44,758 nt of DNA from a candidate division NC10 bacterium SPGG6 (GCA_001643535.1 LXTG01000068.1:1-44758); one strand, 5' to 3'; shown: positions 15,888 to 26,946, numbered from the stretch's first letter. Numbers and translations are program-made. Notes: generated by a model not told the origin, from the letters alone.

Positions 15888-16214
15888 TCACAACAGGCCT
15901 AGTTCGAGTTTCGCCGCTTCGGACATCTTGGAGGGATCCCACGGGGGATCGAAGACGACCTCGACTTTGGCATCTGTGACCGCCGGAACCGCCTTCGCCT
16001 TTTCCTGCACCTCCCCGGGCAGCGTCCCTGCCGCTGGACAGTTGGGGGAGGTGAGGGTCATTCGGATGTCGACGGCGCCCGACGGATCTACCTTGACCTC
16101 GTAGATCAGTCCGAGTTCGTAGATGTTCACCGGGATCTCCGGATCAAAGACCATGCGCAGGGCCTCGATGACCTGGGCCTCGATCACCAGTGAATTGGCG
16201 GACGTGATGTCCAT
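15888..16214 (-). CDS. DUF59 (SufT/PaaD-like) Fe-S assembly protein
   Basis: 108 aa with VFDPEIPVNIYELGLIY and MTLTSPNCP motifs. Confidence 0.85.
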   Translation of the reverse strand: MDITSANSLVIEAQVIEALRMVFDPEIPVNIYELGLIYEVKVDPSGAVDIRMTLTSPNCPAAGTLPGEVQEKAKAVPAVTDAKVEVVFDPPWDPSKMSEAAKLELGLL

Positions 16215-16268
16215 ACGACCTCCTCCGAATCGGTATGGCGCGTCCCCCGCGCCGTGTCCCTCAACATC

Positions 16269-16721
16269 CTACTCCGTCGAAACGGTCTCCTCCTTCCTCT
16301 CAAGCGCAGCACGCAACGTGTGCCACGCCAGCGTGGCGCACTTGACCCGAATGGGGAATTCACTCACGCCGGAAAAGACGGCAAGTTTCCCGAGGTCACC
16401 AGGATCGTCTGTCCTGTCTTCCTCTCCGGTAACCAAGGCGTGAAATTTCTGAAAAAGGACCTCCGCTTCGGCCTTGGTCTTTCCCTTCACGCTGTCGGTC
16501 ATCATCGAGGCCGAGGCCTTAGAAATCGCGCAGCCCGACCCTTGAAAACCGATGTTCCGAATCGCGTTATCCTCCAACTGGAGGTAGACGGTCACATCGT
16601 CGCCGCAAAGCGGGTTGTAACCTTCCGCCGTCCGGTTTGCGCCCTCCAGTTTCTGAAAGTTGCGTGGTTTCTTGCTGTGGTCGAGGATAACCTGCTGGTA
16701 GAGTTCGCGAAGGTCAGACAT
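16269..16721 (-). CDS. sufU: SufU-type Fe-S scaffold / sulfur acceptor
   Basis: ILDHSKKPRNF..NPLCGDDVTVYL..GSGCAISKASASMMT..IRVKCATLAWHTL. Its start overlaps the sufS stop (TAATG). Confidence 0.9.
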   Translation of the reverse strand: MSDLRELYQQVILDHSKKPRNFQKLEGANRTAEGYNPLCGDDVTVYLQLEDNAIRNIGFQGSGCAISKASASMMTDSVKGKTKAEAEVLFQKFHALVTGEEDRTDDPGDLGKLAVFSGVSEFPIRVKCATLAWHTLRAALERKEETVSTE

Positions 16722-17992
16722 TAGCCGAACATTTCGATGGCCTTGTAGAGCGCCCCAACAAGCACATCGATTTCTTCCCTCGTGTTATAGAAGGCTAAAG
16801 ACACCCGAGCGGTGGCTGGCACTCCAAAGCGCCGCATCAACGGCATGGTACAGTGGTGGCCCGCCCGAATCGCAACCCCTTCGCGGTCGAGTATGGTGCC
16901 GACGTCATGCGCGTGCACCCCATCCAGCACAAAGGATATGAGGCTCGCCTTCTCCCGGGCCGTTCCAATGATTCGGATACCTGGGATAGCCGAGAGGGCC
17001 TCGGTCGCATACTCCAGTAATTCGTGCTCATACGGACCTACCCTCTCCAGACCAATTCCGTTCAGATAGTCGATCGCTGCACCCAGGCCGATGACGCCAG
17101 CGATGTGCGGCGTGCCGGCCTCGAACTTGTATGGGAGGTCGTTGTACACCGTCTTCTCGAACGTGACCGATTTGATCATATCGCCCCCGCCTTGGTACGG
17201 CGGCATCGATTCGAGCATTTCGGCTTTGCCGTAGAGGACACCGATACCGGTAGGACCGAACACCTTGTGCCCCGAGAAGGCGAAAAAATCGCAATCCAGT
17301 TCGCGCACGTCCACCTTCAGGTGGGCCGTTGCCTGTGCGCCATCCACGACCACCGGGACCCCCTGCCGATGTGCAAGGCGGATGAGCTGGCGCACGGGGT
17401 TGATCGTCCCCAATGCGTTCGATACATAGACCACTGAGACCAACCGAGTCCGAGGGGTGAGGAGTTTTTCGTACTCGTCCAGCAGTAACTCCCCGGCGTC
17501 ATTGATCGGCACCACGCGCAGCGATGCTCCGGTCTGTTCGCACAGAATCTGCCAGGGGACGATGTTGGAGTGGTGCTCCATTGCGGAGATGAGGATCTCG
17601 TCGCCAGCCCGGATCTGTTGCCGGCCGTAACTGAAAGCCACCAGGTTGATGGCCTCTGTGGTGCCGCGAACGAAGATGACTTCCCGTGATTCCGCGGCGT
17701 TGATGAAGCGTTGCACCTTTTTGCGGCTTTGCTCGTAGGCCTCGGTGGCGCGTTCGCTCAGCCCATGCACACCGCGGTGAATGTTGGAGTTGTACGTTGA
17801 AAGATACTCATGCACCGTATCGATGACAACTTGCGGCTTTTGGCTCGTGGCGGCGTTGTCGAAGTAGACCAGCGACTTCCCGTGGACTTTCCCACCCAGA
17901 ATCGGGAAATCCTGTCTCACCTCGTTCACGTCGAAACCGGCCGCCCGGTCCTCGTGGACCTTTGCAGTCACTGAACGACCGGGGGTGCTCAT
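16721..17992 (-). CDS. sufS: cysteine desulfurase SufS (class V aminotransferase, group II)
   Basis: [34 protein letters not shown] (the PLP lysine) and [10 protein letters not shown] (the active-site Cys). ATGA overlap with sufD. Confidence 0.95.
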   Translation of the reverse strand: MSTPGRSVTAKVHEDRAAGFDVNEVRQDFPILGGKVHGKSLVYFDNAATSQKPQVVIDTVHEYLSTYNSNIHRGVHGLSERATEAYEQSRKKVQRFINAAESREVIFVRGTTEAINLVAFSYGRQQIRAGDEILISAMEHHSNIVPWQILCEQTGASLRVVPINDAGELLLDEYEKLLTPRTRLVSVVYVSNALGTINPVRQLIRLAHRQGVPVVVDGAQATAHLKVDVRELDCDFFAFSGHKVFGPTGIGVLYGKAEMLESMPPYQGGGDMIKSVTFEKTVYNDLPYKFEAGTPHIAGVIGLGAAIDYLNGIGLERVGPYEHELLEYATEALSAIPGIRIIGTAREKASLISFVLDGVHAHDVGTILDREGVAIRAGHHCTMPLMRRFGVPATARVSLAFYNTREEIDVLVGALYKAIEMFG

Positions 17993-19332
17993 CGGACTTC
18001 CTCCAACAGCTTCCCCTCAGGCAACCATTGCGCCACGAGTGCCTGAAGGTGTTTCCGGATCGATTCGACCTTCATGCGCTCCAGGCTCTCGTTGGCAAAG
18101 CCAAAGAGCAACAGGGCACGCGCCGCATCCTTGACAATGCCGCGGGAGCACAGGTAGAAGATCGCGTCCTCGTCAATCTGGCCGATGGTCGCGCCGTGGG
18201 TACATTTGACATCGTCGGCATAGATCTCCAGCTGCGGCTTGGTGTCGATCTGTGCCTCCTGCGAAAGCAGCAGGTTATTATTGGTCTGTTTTGCGTCGGT
18301 CTTCTGGGCATCCTTGTGGACGATGATCCGGCCGCTGAAGATGCCATGCGACTGCTCGTCGAGGATACCCTGGTAGAATTGCCGGCTGTCACAGTGCGGA
18401 CTAGCGTGTTCGACCAACATAAAGTTGTCCATGTGCTGCCGGCCGGTTCCCATGAACAGGCCATTGATCAGGCAGGTGCCCCCCTCGCCGGCTAGCACCG
18501 GGTGCACATTGTTCCGCACCAACGCGCCACCGAGCAGCACCGTGTGGGACGCGACACTACTGCTGCGGCCCTGCTCCACCCGGAGGGTCGAAACATTGAA
18601 CGCCTGCTTACTCTCTTGCTCAATCAGATAGTGGCTCAGCACACTGTTCTGGCCGACCACCGCTTCTGTGACCACGTTCGAGAAATAGACGTCGGCGTCT
18701 AGCGAAACATAGTCTTCGACAATGACCGCCTGGCTGTCTTCATCCAGAACGATCAAGTTGCGCGGATGGGTCACGATCGGGGCGTCGGTTGCCGTCGACA
18801 CGTACAGCAGACGGATGGGCTCCTCAACAACCCGCCCCCGAGGGACATGTATGAACGCGCCGTCTTCCATGAAGGCGGTATTTAGGGCGGAGAACGCGTC
18901 CTGGTGATACCCAGCGTACCTGGTCAGGTGCTGCTCCAGCACATCGCGGTCATCCCTGAAGGCCTGGGCAAGGCTGCGCACTGAGAGCCCATCGCTAGGT
19001 GAAGCAGGTGATGAAAGCGTGGGTGCATACCGGCCGTTCACGAAGACGAGCTGAATATCTCGCGGCCCCGGAAACGTGAGTTGCTCTATGTCTCGGGGCG
19101 CCAGTTCGATATGAGCGTCCCCCGCGAGTTGGAAGGAGATCTGGGCGATCGGTGCCACGTTCGTAAACCGCCAGTCTTCATCGCGGGTAGTAGGGAATCC
19201 CAACTCGGCGAAGCGGGCGATGGCCGCTCGGCGGACCGGGCGCAGCCACTCCTGCCCATTGCCGGCAGTGGCCTTCTCGAACCGAGCGAAGCTCTCCAGG
19301 TAATGGTCCCGCTCTTGTGTCACGGCAATCAC
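17989..19332 (-). CDS. sufD: Fe-S cluster assembly protein SufD
   Basis: 447 aa lying between sufC and sufS, with a SufB/D beta-helix C-terminus (..[30 protein letters not shown]..). Confidence 0.9.
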   Translation of the reverse strand: MIAVTQERDHYLESFARFEKATAGNGQEWLRPVRRAAIARFAELGFPTTRDEDWRFTNVAPIAQISFQLAGDAHIELAPRDIEQLTFPGPRDIQLVFVNGRYAPTLSSPASPSDGLSVRSLAQAFRDDRDVLEQHLTRYAGYHQDAFSALNTAFMEDGAFIHVPRGRVVEEPIRLLYVSTATDAPIVTHPRNLIVLDEDSQAVIVEDYVSLDADVYFSNVVTEAVVGQNSVLSHYLIEQESKQAFNVSTLRVEQGRSSSVASHTVLLGGALVRNNVHPVLAGEGGTCLINGLFMGTGRQHMDNFMLVEHASPHCDSRQFYQGILDEQSHGIFSGRIIVHKDAQKTDAKQTNNNLLLSQEAQIDTKPQLEIYADDVKCTHGATIGQIDEDAIFYLCSRGIVKDAARALLLFGFANESLERMKVESIRKHLQALVAQWLPEGKLLEEVR

Positions 19333-19344
19333 CGGCTCCCTCGA

Positions 19345-20109
19345 CTATGCCTGCGCAGCAGCCCTGGCCTCTTCTTCGACCCAGGCGTAGCCCTTCTCCT
19401 CGAGCTCCAATGCCAGCTCTTTCCCGCCCGACTTGACGATCCGGCCGTCCAATAAGACGTGGACGTAGTCGGGGACGACGTAGTTGAGCAGTCGCTGATA
19501 GTGGGTGATAACGACGATGGCACGCTCCGGGGTGCGCAGCGCGTTCACCCCGTTGGCGACGATTTTCAGGGCATCGATGTCCAGGCCAGAGTCCGTTTCG
19601 TCCATAATGCAGAGCCTGGGCTCGAGCAGCGCCATCTGGAAGATCTCGTTGCGTTTTTTCTCGCCGCCCGAGAATCCCTCATTGACCGACCGGTGGAGCA
19701 GCTTCTCATCCACCCCCAGAGACTTGATCTTCTGCTTGACCAGGGTGAGGAACTCCATGGCGTCAAGTTCCTCGAGGCCCCGGCGCTTGCGGATGGCGTT
19801 GAGCGCGGCCTTGAGGAACTGGGCGCTCCCGACACCCGGGATCTCAACGGGATACTGGAAGGCCATGAAGACCCCCTCGCAGGCGCGCTCCTCCGGTGCC
19901 ATCTCGAGCAGGTTCTTTCCGTCGTACAGGACTTCTCCTTCAGTGACCCTGTACGTCTCGCGACCGGCCAGGACTTGCGCCAGCGTGCTCTTCCCCGAGC
20001 CGTTGGGGCCCATAATGGAGTGAACCTCGCCGACGTTGACCTTCAGGTCAACGCCTTTGAGGATCTCGTGGTTGCCCGCTTGCACATGCAGGTTTTTGAT
20101 TTCGAGCAT
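19345..20109 (-). CDS. sufC: Fe-S cluster assembly ATPase SufC
   Basis: Walker A GPNGSGKST, signature FSGGEKKRNEI, and Walker B LCIMDETDSGLD. Confidence 0.95.
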   Translation of the reverse strand: MLEIKNLHVQAGNHEILKGVDLKVNVGEVHSIMGPNGSGKSTLAQVLAGRETYRVTEGEVLYDGKNLLEMAPEERACEGVFMAFQYPVEIPGVGSAQFLKAALNAIRKRRGLEELDAMEFLTLVKQKIKSLGVDEKLLHRSVNEGFSGGEKKRNEIFQMALLEPRLCIMDETDSGLDIDALKIVANGVNALRTPERAIVVITHYQRLLNYVVPDYVHVLLDGRIVKSGGKELALELEEKGYAWVEEEARAAAQA

Positions 20110-20142
20110 GGTCCGTCCTTTTTGAAGAGTCGTTCACGTCTC

Positions 20143-21582
<1,440 letters not shown>

Positions 21583-21869
21583 GGTAACTCCCTTTCAAGG
21601 CTGTTACGAACTATCCGTCTCCGAGCCACATATGGCTCGTTCCTCCACTCTGGCCGCCCTTCACTCTCGCGACTGTCCCTTCCCACTGTGCTCGCCCCCT
21701 CGCACTGGGACCGACCACCCCGGGCGGCCACCCGTAGCGCGCCCACTGTCATGGGGACCACATCCGTCCGGAGACACCCTCCTCCTTCACACAAAGCTGA
21801 ACCACACTATCCATGCGGAGATCGGGCAGGGAGGGGGACCGGGGATGCGGCTTGATCACTATGAGTGTA

Positions 21870-21899
21870 AGTATACTATAGAGCATTTGTACCTGTCAA
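21870..21899 (-). promoter_or_regulatory. sigma-70-type promoter TTGACA-N18-TATACT, about 280 nt upstream of sufB
   Basis: On the minus strand, TTGACA is the reverse complement of 21894-21899 and TATACT is the reverse complement of 21870-21875, with an 18-nt spacer. Confidence 0.5.
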
Positions 21900-22028
21900 C
21901 GCATTCGGCCGCATGGTCGCGGATTTGGGGCCTTTGTGGACCCGGTAAGGGACCGCTAAGGCCTCTGTGGATGCCCAAGCGTGCCATCCCGCGAAGGCGA
22001 ATTTCTCCACTGCACCCTCGCCTTGCTC

Positions 22029-22355
22029 CTAGGCCTGAAATGACTGTCCGCAGCCGCAGGAGCCTTTGGAATTGGGATTCTTGATGGCGAATCCCGTCCC
22101 GGTCAGCCCATCCTGAAAGTCGATCTCCGTGCCGGCGAGGAAGAGCAGGCTCTTGGGATCGACCACGACCTTGACCCCGCCCTCCTCGAAGACTTGGTCC
22201 CCCTCCTTGGGGGTATCAAAGGCCAACTGGTACTCGTACCCGGAGCATCCGCCCCCCCTCACCCGGACGCGCAGCCCCTGGCCCTCGACCCCATCCTTGG
22301 CCATCAGGTCTTTCAACTTCGCCGCTGCTGCCTCAGTAACTTTTACCACCTGCAT
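22029..22355 (-). CDS. A-type Fe-S carrier (HesB/IscA/ErpA family)
   Basis: LRVRVRGGGCSGYEYQLAFD and the C-terminal SCGCGQSF. Confidence 0.9.
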   Translation of the reverse strand: MQVVKVTEAAAAKLKDLMAKDGVEGQGLRVRVRGGGCSGYEYQLAFDTPKEGDQVFEEGGVKVVVDPKSLLFLAGTEIDFQDGLTGTGFAIKNPNSKGSCGCGQSFQA

Positions 22356-22376
22356 CCCTCCTGCTTGAGATCAAGA

Positions 22377-23422
22377 TTACTCTGTCAATGTCTCCACGCT
22401 GATCCGCCCGGCCACATTGGCAGCCACCTGGCGGAAGATAGCCGCCACGGGGGAGTCGGGTCGCTCGACCAGGATCGGCTGCCCCACGTCCCCCCCCCCC
22501 GGCGGAGCTCGGGATCCAGCGGGATCTCCCCCAAAAAGGGGACCTCCAGCCGCTGACTCGCCTTGCGGCCCCCGCCGTGGCCAAAGAGCTCCACCGAGTG
22601 CTCGCAGTGGGGGCAGAGGAAATAACTCATGTTCTCGATGATCCCCAGGATCGGCACCTTCAGCGTCTGCAACATGTTCAGCGCCTTGGTCGCAATCTGA
22701 ATCGCCACCTCCTGCGGCGTCATCACGATCACCGCCCCCGACAGCGGAATCGCCTGCGCCAGCGTCAGCGACGCATCCCCCGTCCCCGGCGGCAGATCCG
22801 CCAATAGATAGTCCAGCTCCCCCCACTCCACCTCCATCAACATCTGCTTCACCGCCTGCGCCACCATCGGGCCCCGCCATACCACCGGGGCCGTGTGATC
22901 CGGCAGCAGAAAACCCAGCGACATCAGCTTTACCCCGTGCCTCTCCGGCGGGATCATCCGCTTCCCCACCACGTCCGGCTGGCGATGGACCCCCATCATC
23001 ATCGGAATGCTGGGCCCGTAAATGTCTGCATCCAAAAGCCCGACCGCGGCCCCCGCCTCCGCCAACGCCACCGCCAGATTCACCGTCACCGTCGACTTGC
23101 CGACCCCCCCCTTGCCACTGCCGATGGCAACAATGTGCTTGACCCCTGGAATCGGCTGGAGGCCCGACGGCGGCTTGCGTACACTGGCCGTCAGCGTCAC
23201 CGTCACCTCCCCCACCCCCGGTAGGGCCTGCACCGCCGCCTGCGTCTCGGCCTCTACCTGCGCCCGCATCGGACAGGCCGGAGTCGTCAGTTCCACGGTG
23301 ACCGCTACGGCCCCCCCCGCGACCTTGATCTCCTTCACCATCCCCAGTGACACCAGGTCCCGGTGTAGTTCCGGGTCATTCACTTTCCGGAGAGCGTCCA
23401 GGACCTTCTCTTCGCTGACCAT
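22377..23422 (-). CDS. apbC: Mrp/ApbC/NBP35-family Fe-S carrier ATPase, 3' end interrupted by a frameshift in a homopolymer
   Basis: N-terminal DUF59 domain, the deviant Walker A GSGKGGVGKST, and CPHCEHSVELFGHGGG. After ..EIPLDPELRRGGG the conserved C-terminus (DVGQPILVERPDSPVAAIFRQVAANVAGRI) continues in another frame (ORF 22377-22880). The switch occurs at the 11-nt C/G run at 22490-22500. Confidence 0.85.
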
Positions 23423-23513
23423 GTTTCCCTCACTTCCCTACACACTGCCCGCTAGAAGTCCTCTCCTTGTCGCAACCTTTAATTTAATTAATAATTACGA
23501 ATCTCTATATATA

Positions 23514-23786
23514 TTATTTCCCCTTCCCCTGGGCCGGCGAGATACCGGGATGGTCCAGAAAGAACTGTGCGTTTTTCGGGGTATAGCTCTTCCACTGCTC
23601 AGGTACCGCACTTTCTTCAAAAATTGCCGTCACCGGACACTCCGGTTCGCACGCCCCGCAGTCAATGCACTCCTCAGGGTGGATGTAGAGCTGGTGCTCC
23701 CCCTCGTAGATACATTCCACGGGGCAGACGTCCACGCACGCTCTGTCTTTTACCCCAATGCATGGTTCAGCAATTGTATACGTCAT
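23514..23786 (-). CDS. fdxA: 7Fe-type ferredoxin ([3Fe-4S][4Fe-4S], FdxA-like)
   Basis: [66 protein letters not shown] lies upstream of ATG 23786; the ORF-track start is 23840. Confidence 0.9.
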   Translation of the reverse strand: MTYTIAEPCIGVKDRACVDVCPVECIYEGEHQLYIHPEECIDCGACEPECPVTAIFEESAVPEQWKSYTPKNAQFFLDHPGISPAQGKGK

Positions 23787-23829
23787 TGCTTTCCTCCCAC
23801 CGGTAAACGCCCCGTCCCTCCTTAGAATG

Positions 23830-24141
23830 TCACTCGGCAAAGATACCGTCGATCCATGTGCGCCAGGCGACTCCCTTGAGACCCTCCCGGCGCCCGCGTC
23901 CTCTCCGCAGCACTAGCTGCACCAGCTCTCCATACCCAGGAAATTCCCGGACCGTGTATCCGCAGACCTGACACCGCTTATAAAAGTACGGCCATCCCCC
24001 CTCCCCGCGCTGCATTCCTCCCGTTCGCTTCATCTGCCGGATACAACACGCGCTGGGAGACGGGGGCGAAATAATCTCTCGCGGATACCGATTTTTCGGC
24101 TGACCGTGGGGATCATAGCGAACAATCGTGACCAAGGCCAC
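23830..24141 (-). CDS. small zinc-ribbon-like hypothetical protein
   Basis: 103-aa ORF (GTG start; TTG two codons later is also possible) with Cys pairs ..SACCIRQM.. and ..[14 protein letters not shown].. and a basic C-terminus. No family recognised. Confidence 0.4.
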   Translation of the reverse strand: MALVTIVRYDPHGQPKNRYPREIISPPSPSACCIRQMKRTGGMQRGEGGWPYFYKRCQVCGYTVREFPGYGELVQLVLRRGRGRREGLKGVAWRTWIDGIFAE

Positions 24142-24502
24142 ACTCCTCCCGAGTCACAGTAAAGCTCTCTGCCTGATCCAAGATCCCACACAGCGCTGGG
24201 TTCCCTGGAGAGGAGTTTCAGGGACTCCCGCGCCAACTTCTCCCATCTCTCACCGAGAGCGGGGCAAGGACCATGCCAGCACATCCATTCGACGTGAGAC
24301 GCCAAGGGCGTACCTCTAACATCCTGTCTTTTCAGGCCACAGGGTACCTGAAGGAAAATCAAACGGCTCCACCAGCGAGTGTCTGATGCAGGGAATTTCT
24401 GGATGGCAGGGAGTTTCTCCCTGGTCAGATGTGGATGTTGTATCGCTGGCTCTGTTGCGCTGCTTGCTGCTGCTCGAGTGCGGCAGCTCTTCCGCCTCCA
24501 GC

Positions 24503-26347
24503 TCATCCAGTCGAATCTTGGTCTCCACGCGTATCCCCCTTCCGGCTCTGTGGGTTCTTATACGTTATTTTCATCAATTGAGCCGTCCTTGGGTTCTCTT
24601 TCAGGTGCTTGACGATCAGCTCCGTGCCGGTCCTATGATGGAAATATCCCATCCCTTCTCCCGGCAACCTGTTTTTTGTATAGAATTCGAAGAGCACATC
24701 GGTCACCGTGGCTACCTGTTCCCGGGGGACGCTCCGTACATACATTTCACCCGTCTCTCGATCGATCAGCGGCTCCCCCTGATGTCGCCCATCCTCGGTT
24801 CCGCCCAATTTGAGCTGGTACCGGTTGAGACCCATCCCAACCCAGCCAATGGTCTTTGTTGCGGGACGAAAACATTGCCGTTCACACCCTGTGACTCCAA
24901 TGGACTCGGCCATCTCCCCCCATTTCTGCTCTAATTCGTCAATCAGATACGGTTCGAATTTCTCCGCATCGGTATACGTCAGCTGGCAGGTGTCCCTTCC
25001 GACGCAGGCGCCAGACAGCAGCCGGAGCCGCGTGTAGGGCCGTCCGTGTCGCGTGCCGTACCCGAAACTTTTTAGGTAGGTTTCAAATTCCGACTTGGCG
25101 TCTGGCGGGATATTCGTGAACAAGATATCCTGATTCGGAGTCGTCATCAGCTCAACGGGGTATTTCTGCATCACGTATCGGACCATTGCTTTCAGTCTGC
25201 CATTCGGGCCGTCGATGATCCGTCCGTTCTCAATGAAGGCCCCGTAGCAGAGTTGCTCGTCGGATGGCTGCATGATCCACCCGTGATGCAGATGCCTGTT
25301 CCCGTAATCATGATCCGAGTCGGGCATTGCAAGATCGCATGCGCTGACCCGGCGAACTTGCTCTCGGAACCAGTCCATGCCCTGCTTTCTCAGGACATAT
25401 TTCATTCGAGCCCAGTGTCGGTTCTGACGGTCACCCCACTCCTGATGTACCTGCACGATCCCATCTAGGACTTTTAATAATTCACTTTCTCTCACGATGC
25501 CAAAGGGTTCTCCCAATGCAGAAAAAGTGGGTTTCCCGTTCCTTTCCCCTTGGCTGCCCCCGATATACACCTGGAATTGCGTGACCCTGCCATCTTCCAC
25601 AATCGGCGCAACTCCGATGTCATTAGTACGCAGTTCCACACAATTATCCGGAACATACGTCCCCTTTTCCCCATCGAAGTGCATCGCCGAGAAGCCGATC
25701 TTGAATTTTCGGTTCAACAAATTGGGACCGTATTGGAATCGCTCCTCCGGATCCCGTAAATAGTTCGGGTCTACGGCGAAAATTTCAATGAACGCTGCGG
25801 TGGGAAGCCTGAAGTATTTCCCTACTTTCTGGGCCCAGGCATTGGCATCATAGATTTTTGAGAAGCAGGAAAGGGGGCACCCCATGACATTTCTGACATT
25901 ATCTCCACATCCATTCAGACTATAAAATCCGGACTCGGCGACCCCCCGCACCACCTCAACAACATGTTCCTTTTTCACCCAATGGAATTGGATGTTTTGC
26001 CTGGTGGTAATTCGTAAGGACGCACTGCCCTCATGGCTCACCGTGAACCGCTCGGACAACTCGTCGAAGACCATCCATTGTTCTCGCGTGATGGGGCCTC
26101 CGCCAGGAATACTGATCCGAATCATGTACATCCAGTCTTTTTCCTTGCCTGTCTTGGCTCGGTTCCATTCAAGGTAAACTCCGTGAGATTTCGCGAGTTG
26201 TTCAGACTCCCACGCAAGATCGGCCAGAGAGGTATCGCGGAAATCCTGATACAGACTTCCGCGGATCCAGTTTGACGCCAGCTTCGTACGGTCGTGCCTG
26301 GAAAGCTCTTCAAGGGGTGTTTTTAGATTTGGATTGATCTCTTCCAT
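24503..26347 (-). CDS. sulfite/nitrite reductase hemoprotein (siroheme-[4Fe-4S]), assimilatory ferredoxin-sulfite-reductase-like
   Basis: 614 aa with two NIR_SIR half-domains. LRITTRQNIQFHW, CGDNVRNVMGCPL, and the cluster/siroheme cysteines SGACVGRDTCQL ... VTGCERQCFRP (CX5C...CX3C). Confidence 0.85.
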   Translation of the reverse strand: MEEINPNLKTPLEELSRHDRTKLASNWIRGSLYQDFRDTSLADLAWESEQLAKSHGVYLEWNRAKTGKEKDWMYMIRISIPGGGPITREQWMVFDELSERFTVSHEGSASLRITTRQNIQFHWVKKEHVVEVVRGVAESGFYSLNGCGDNVRNVMGCPLSCFSKIYDANAWAQKVGKYFRLPTAAFIEIFAVDPNYLRDPEERFQYGPNLLNRKFKIGFSAMHFDGEKGTYVPDNCVELRTNDIGVAPIVEDGRVTQFQVYIGGSQGERNGKPTFSALGEPFGIVRESELLKVLDGIVQVHQEWGDRQNRHWARMKYVLRKQGMDWFREQVRRVSACDLAMPDSDHDYGNRHLHHGWIMQPSDEQLCYGAFIENGRIIDGPNGRLKAMVRYVMQKYPVELMTTPNQDILFTNIPPDAKSEFETYLKSFGYGTRHGRPYTRLRLLSGACVGRDTCQLTYTDAEKFEPYLIDELEQKWGEMAESIGVTGCERQCFRPATKTIGWVGMGLNRYQLKLGGTEDGRHQGEPLIDRETGEMYVRSVPREQVATVTDVLFEFYTKNRLPGEGMGYFHHRTGTELIVKHLKENPRTAQLMKITYKNPQSRKGDTRGDQDSTG

Positions 26348-26432
26348 ACCTTCACCAGCGTGAATTCCTTACCCTGGGCAGTCACCTGTCGACCAGCACA
26401 CTCCTCTTTACTTCCCGGACAGCATCCTAGCC

Positions 26433-26462
26433 CGAATTATTCACACAGAAGTGAATAATCCG
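26433..26462. promoter_or_regulatory. palindrome ATTATTCAC-N6-GTGAATAAT in the sulfite-reductase leader
   Basis: attattcac at 26436-26444 and gtgaataat at 26451-26459 are perfect 9-nt inverted repeats. A third gtgaataat lies at 26567-26575. Confidence 0.5.
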
Positions 26463-26688
26463 CCCTCCGGGCTTCGACTCCGCCCCGCGTTTGCAGGGCG
26501 TCGCTCAGGGCTAGCCTTGAGTCCCGCCCCAGCAGCGGGACGCATTATACACGAAGACACCCGTTCGTGAATAATGCGGGCTAGCTCGCCGTTAGTATCA
26601 CCCGTGATTTCCGATCGCCAGGCTTGGGAAAGGAAGGGATTTGGAGAGTCTAGACTTTCTTTCATCCGAAGGGAATCAAGGAGATCTT

Positions 26689-26946
26689 CTAGTCGGCCGC
26701 GCGCTGCACCTCGCTCAAAAGCGAACGGACCGTTTGAAAAGCCTCCTCTACAGAGGCAAAGCTCCGCCCGGCGAGCTGGGTCCGGACCGCCCGGTAGAGC
26801 CAAATTGATTCCTCCTTTCCGCCAGAACACTCAATCTCCATGGCACCTTTCGGAATTTCCTGCTCTGGTCGGGCCACCCCGATACCGACCACCTCAAATC
26901 GACCCCGGGTCTCCGCCACGTGCCAATAAAGAAGCCAACGGTCCAT
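26689..26946 (-). CDS. small hypothetical protein (85 aa) immediately downstream of nuoI
   Basis: ATG 26946 is preceded by AGGAGAGGGG. The sequence MDRWLLYWHVAETRGRFEVVGIGV... has non-repetitive composition. No family recognised. Confidence 0.45.
   Translation of the reverse strand: MDRWLLYWHVAETRGRFEVVGIGVARPEQEIPKGAMEIECSGGKEESIWLYRAVRTQLAGRSFASVEEAFQTVRSLLSEVQRAAD

Noticed and set aside
24030-24528. Two overlapping minus-strand ORFs (158 aa and 70 aa) downstream of sulfite reductase
   Set aside because: They are mutually exclusive, low-complexity or Arg/Trp-rich, and have no RBS. The region is left unassigned (see finding).
24951-24960. tRNA T-arm-like string GGTTCGAATT, found while scanning for tRNA genes
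   Set aside because: It lies inside the sulfite-reductase CDS with no flanking acceptor or anticodon stems. I found no tRNA-, rRNA-, tmRNA- or RNase P-like segment in any intergenic region by eye, though a covariance-model scan would be needed to be certain.
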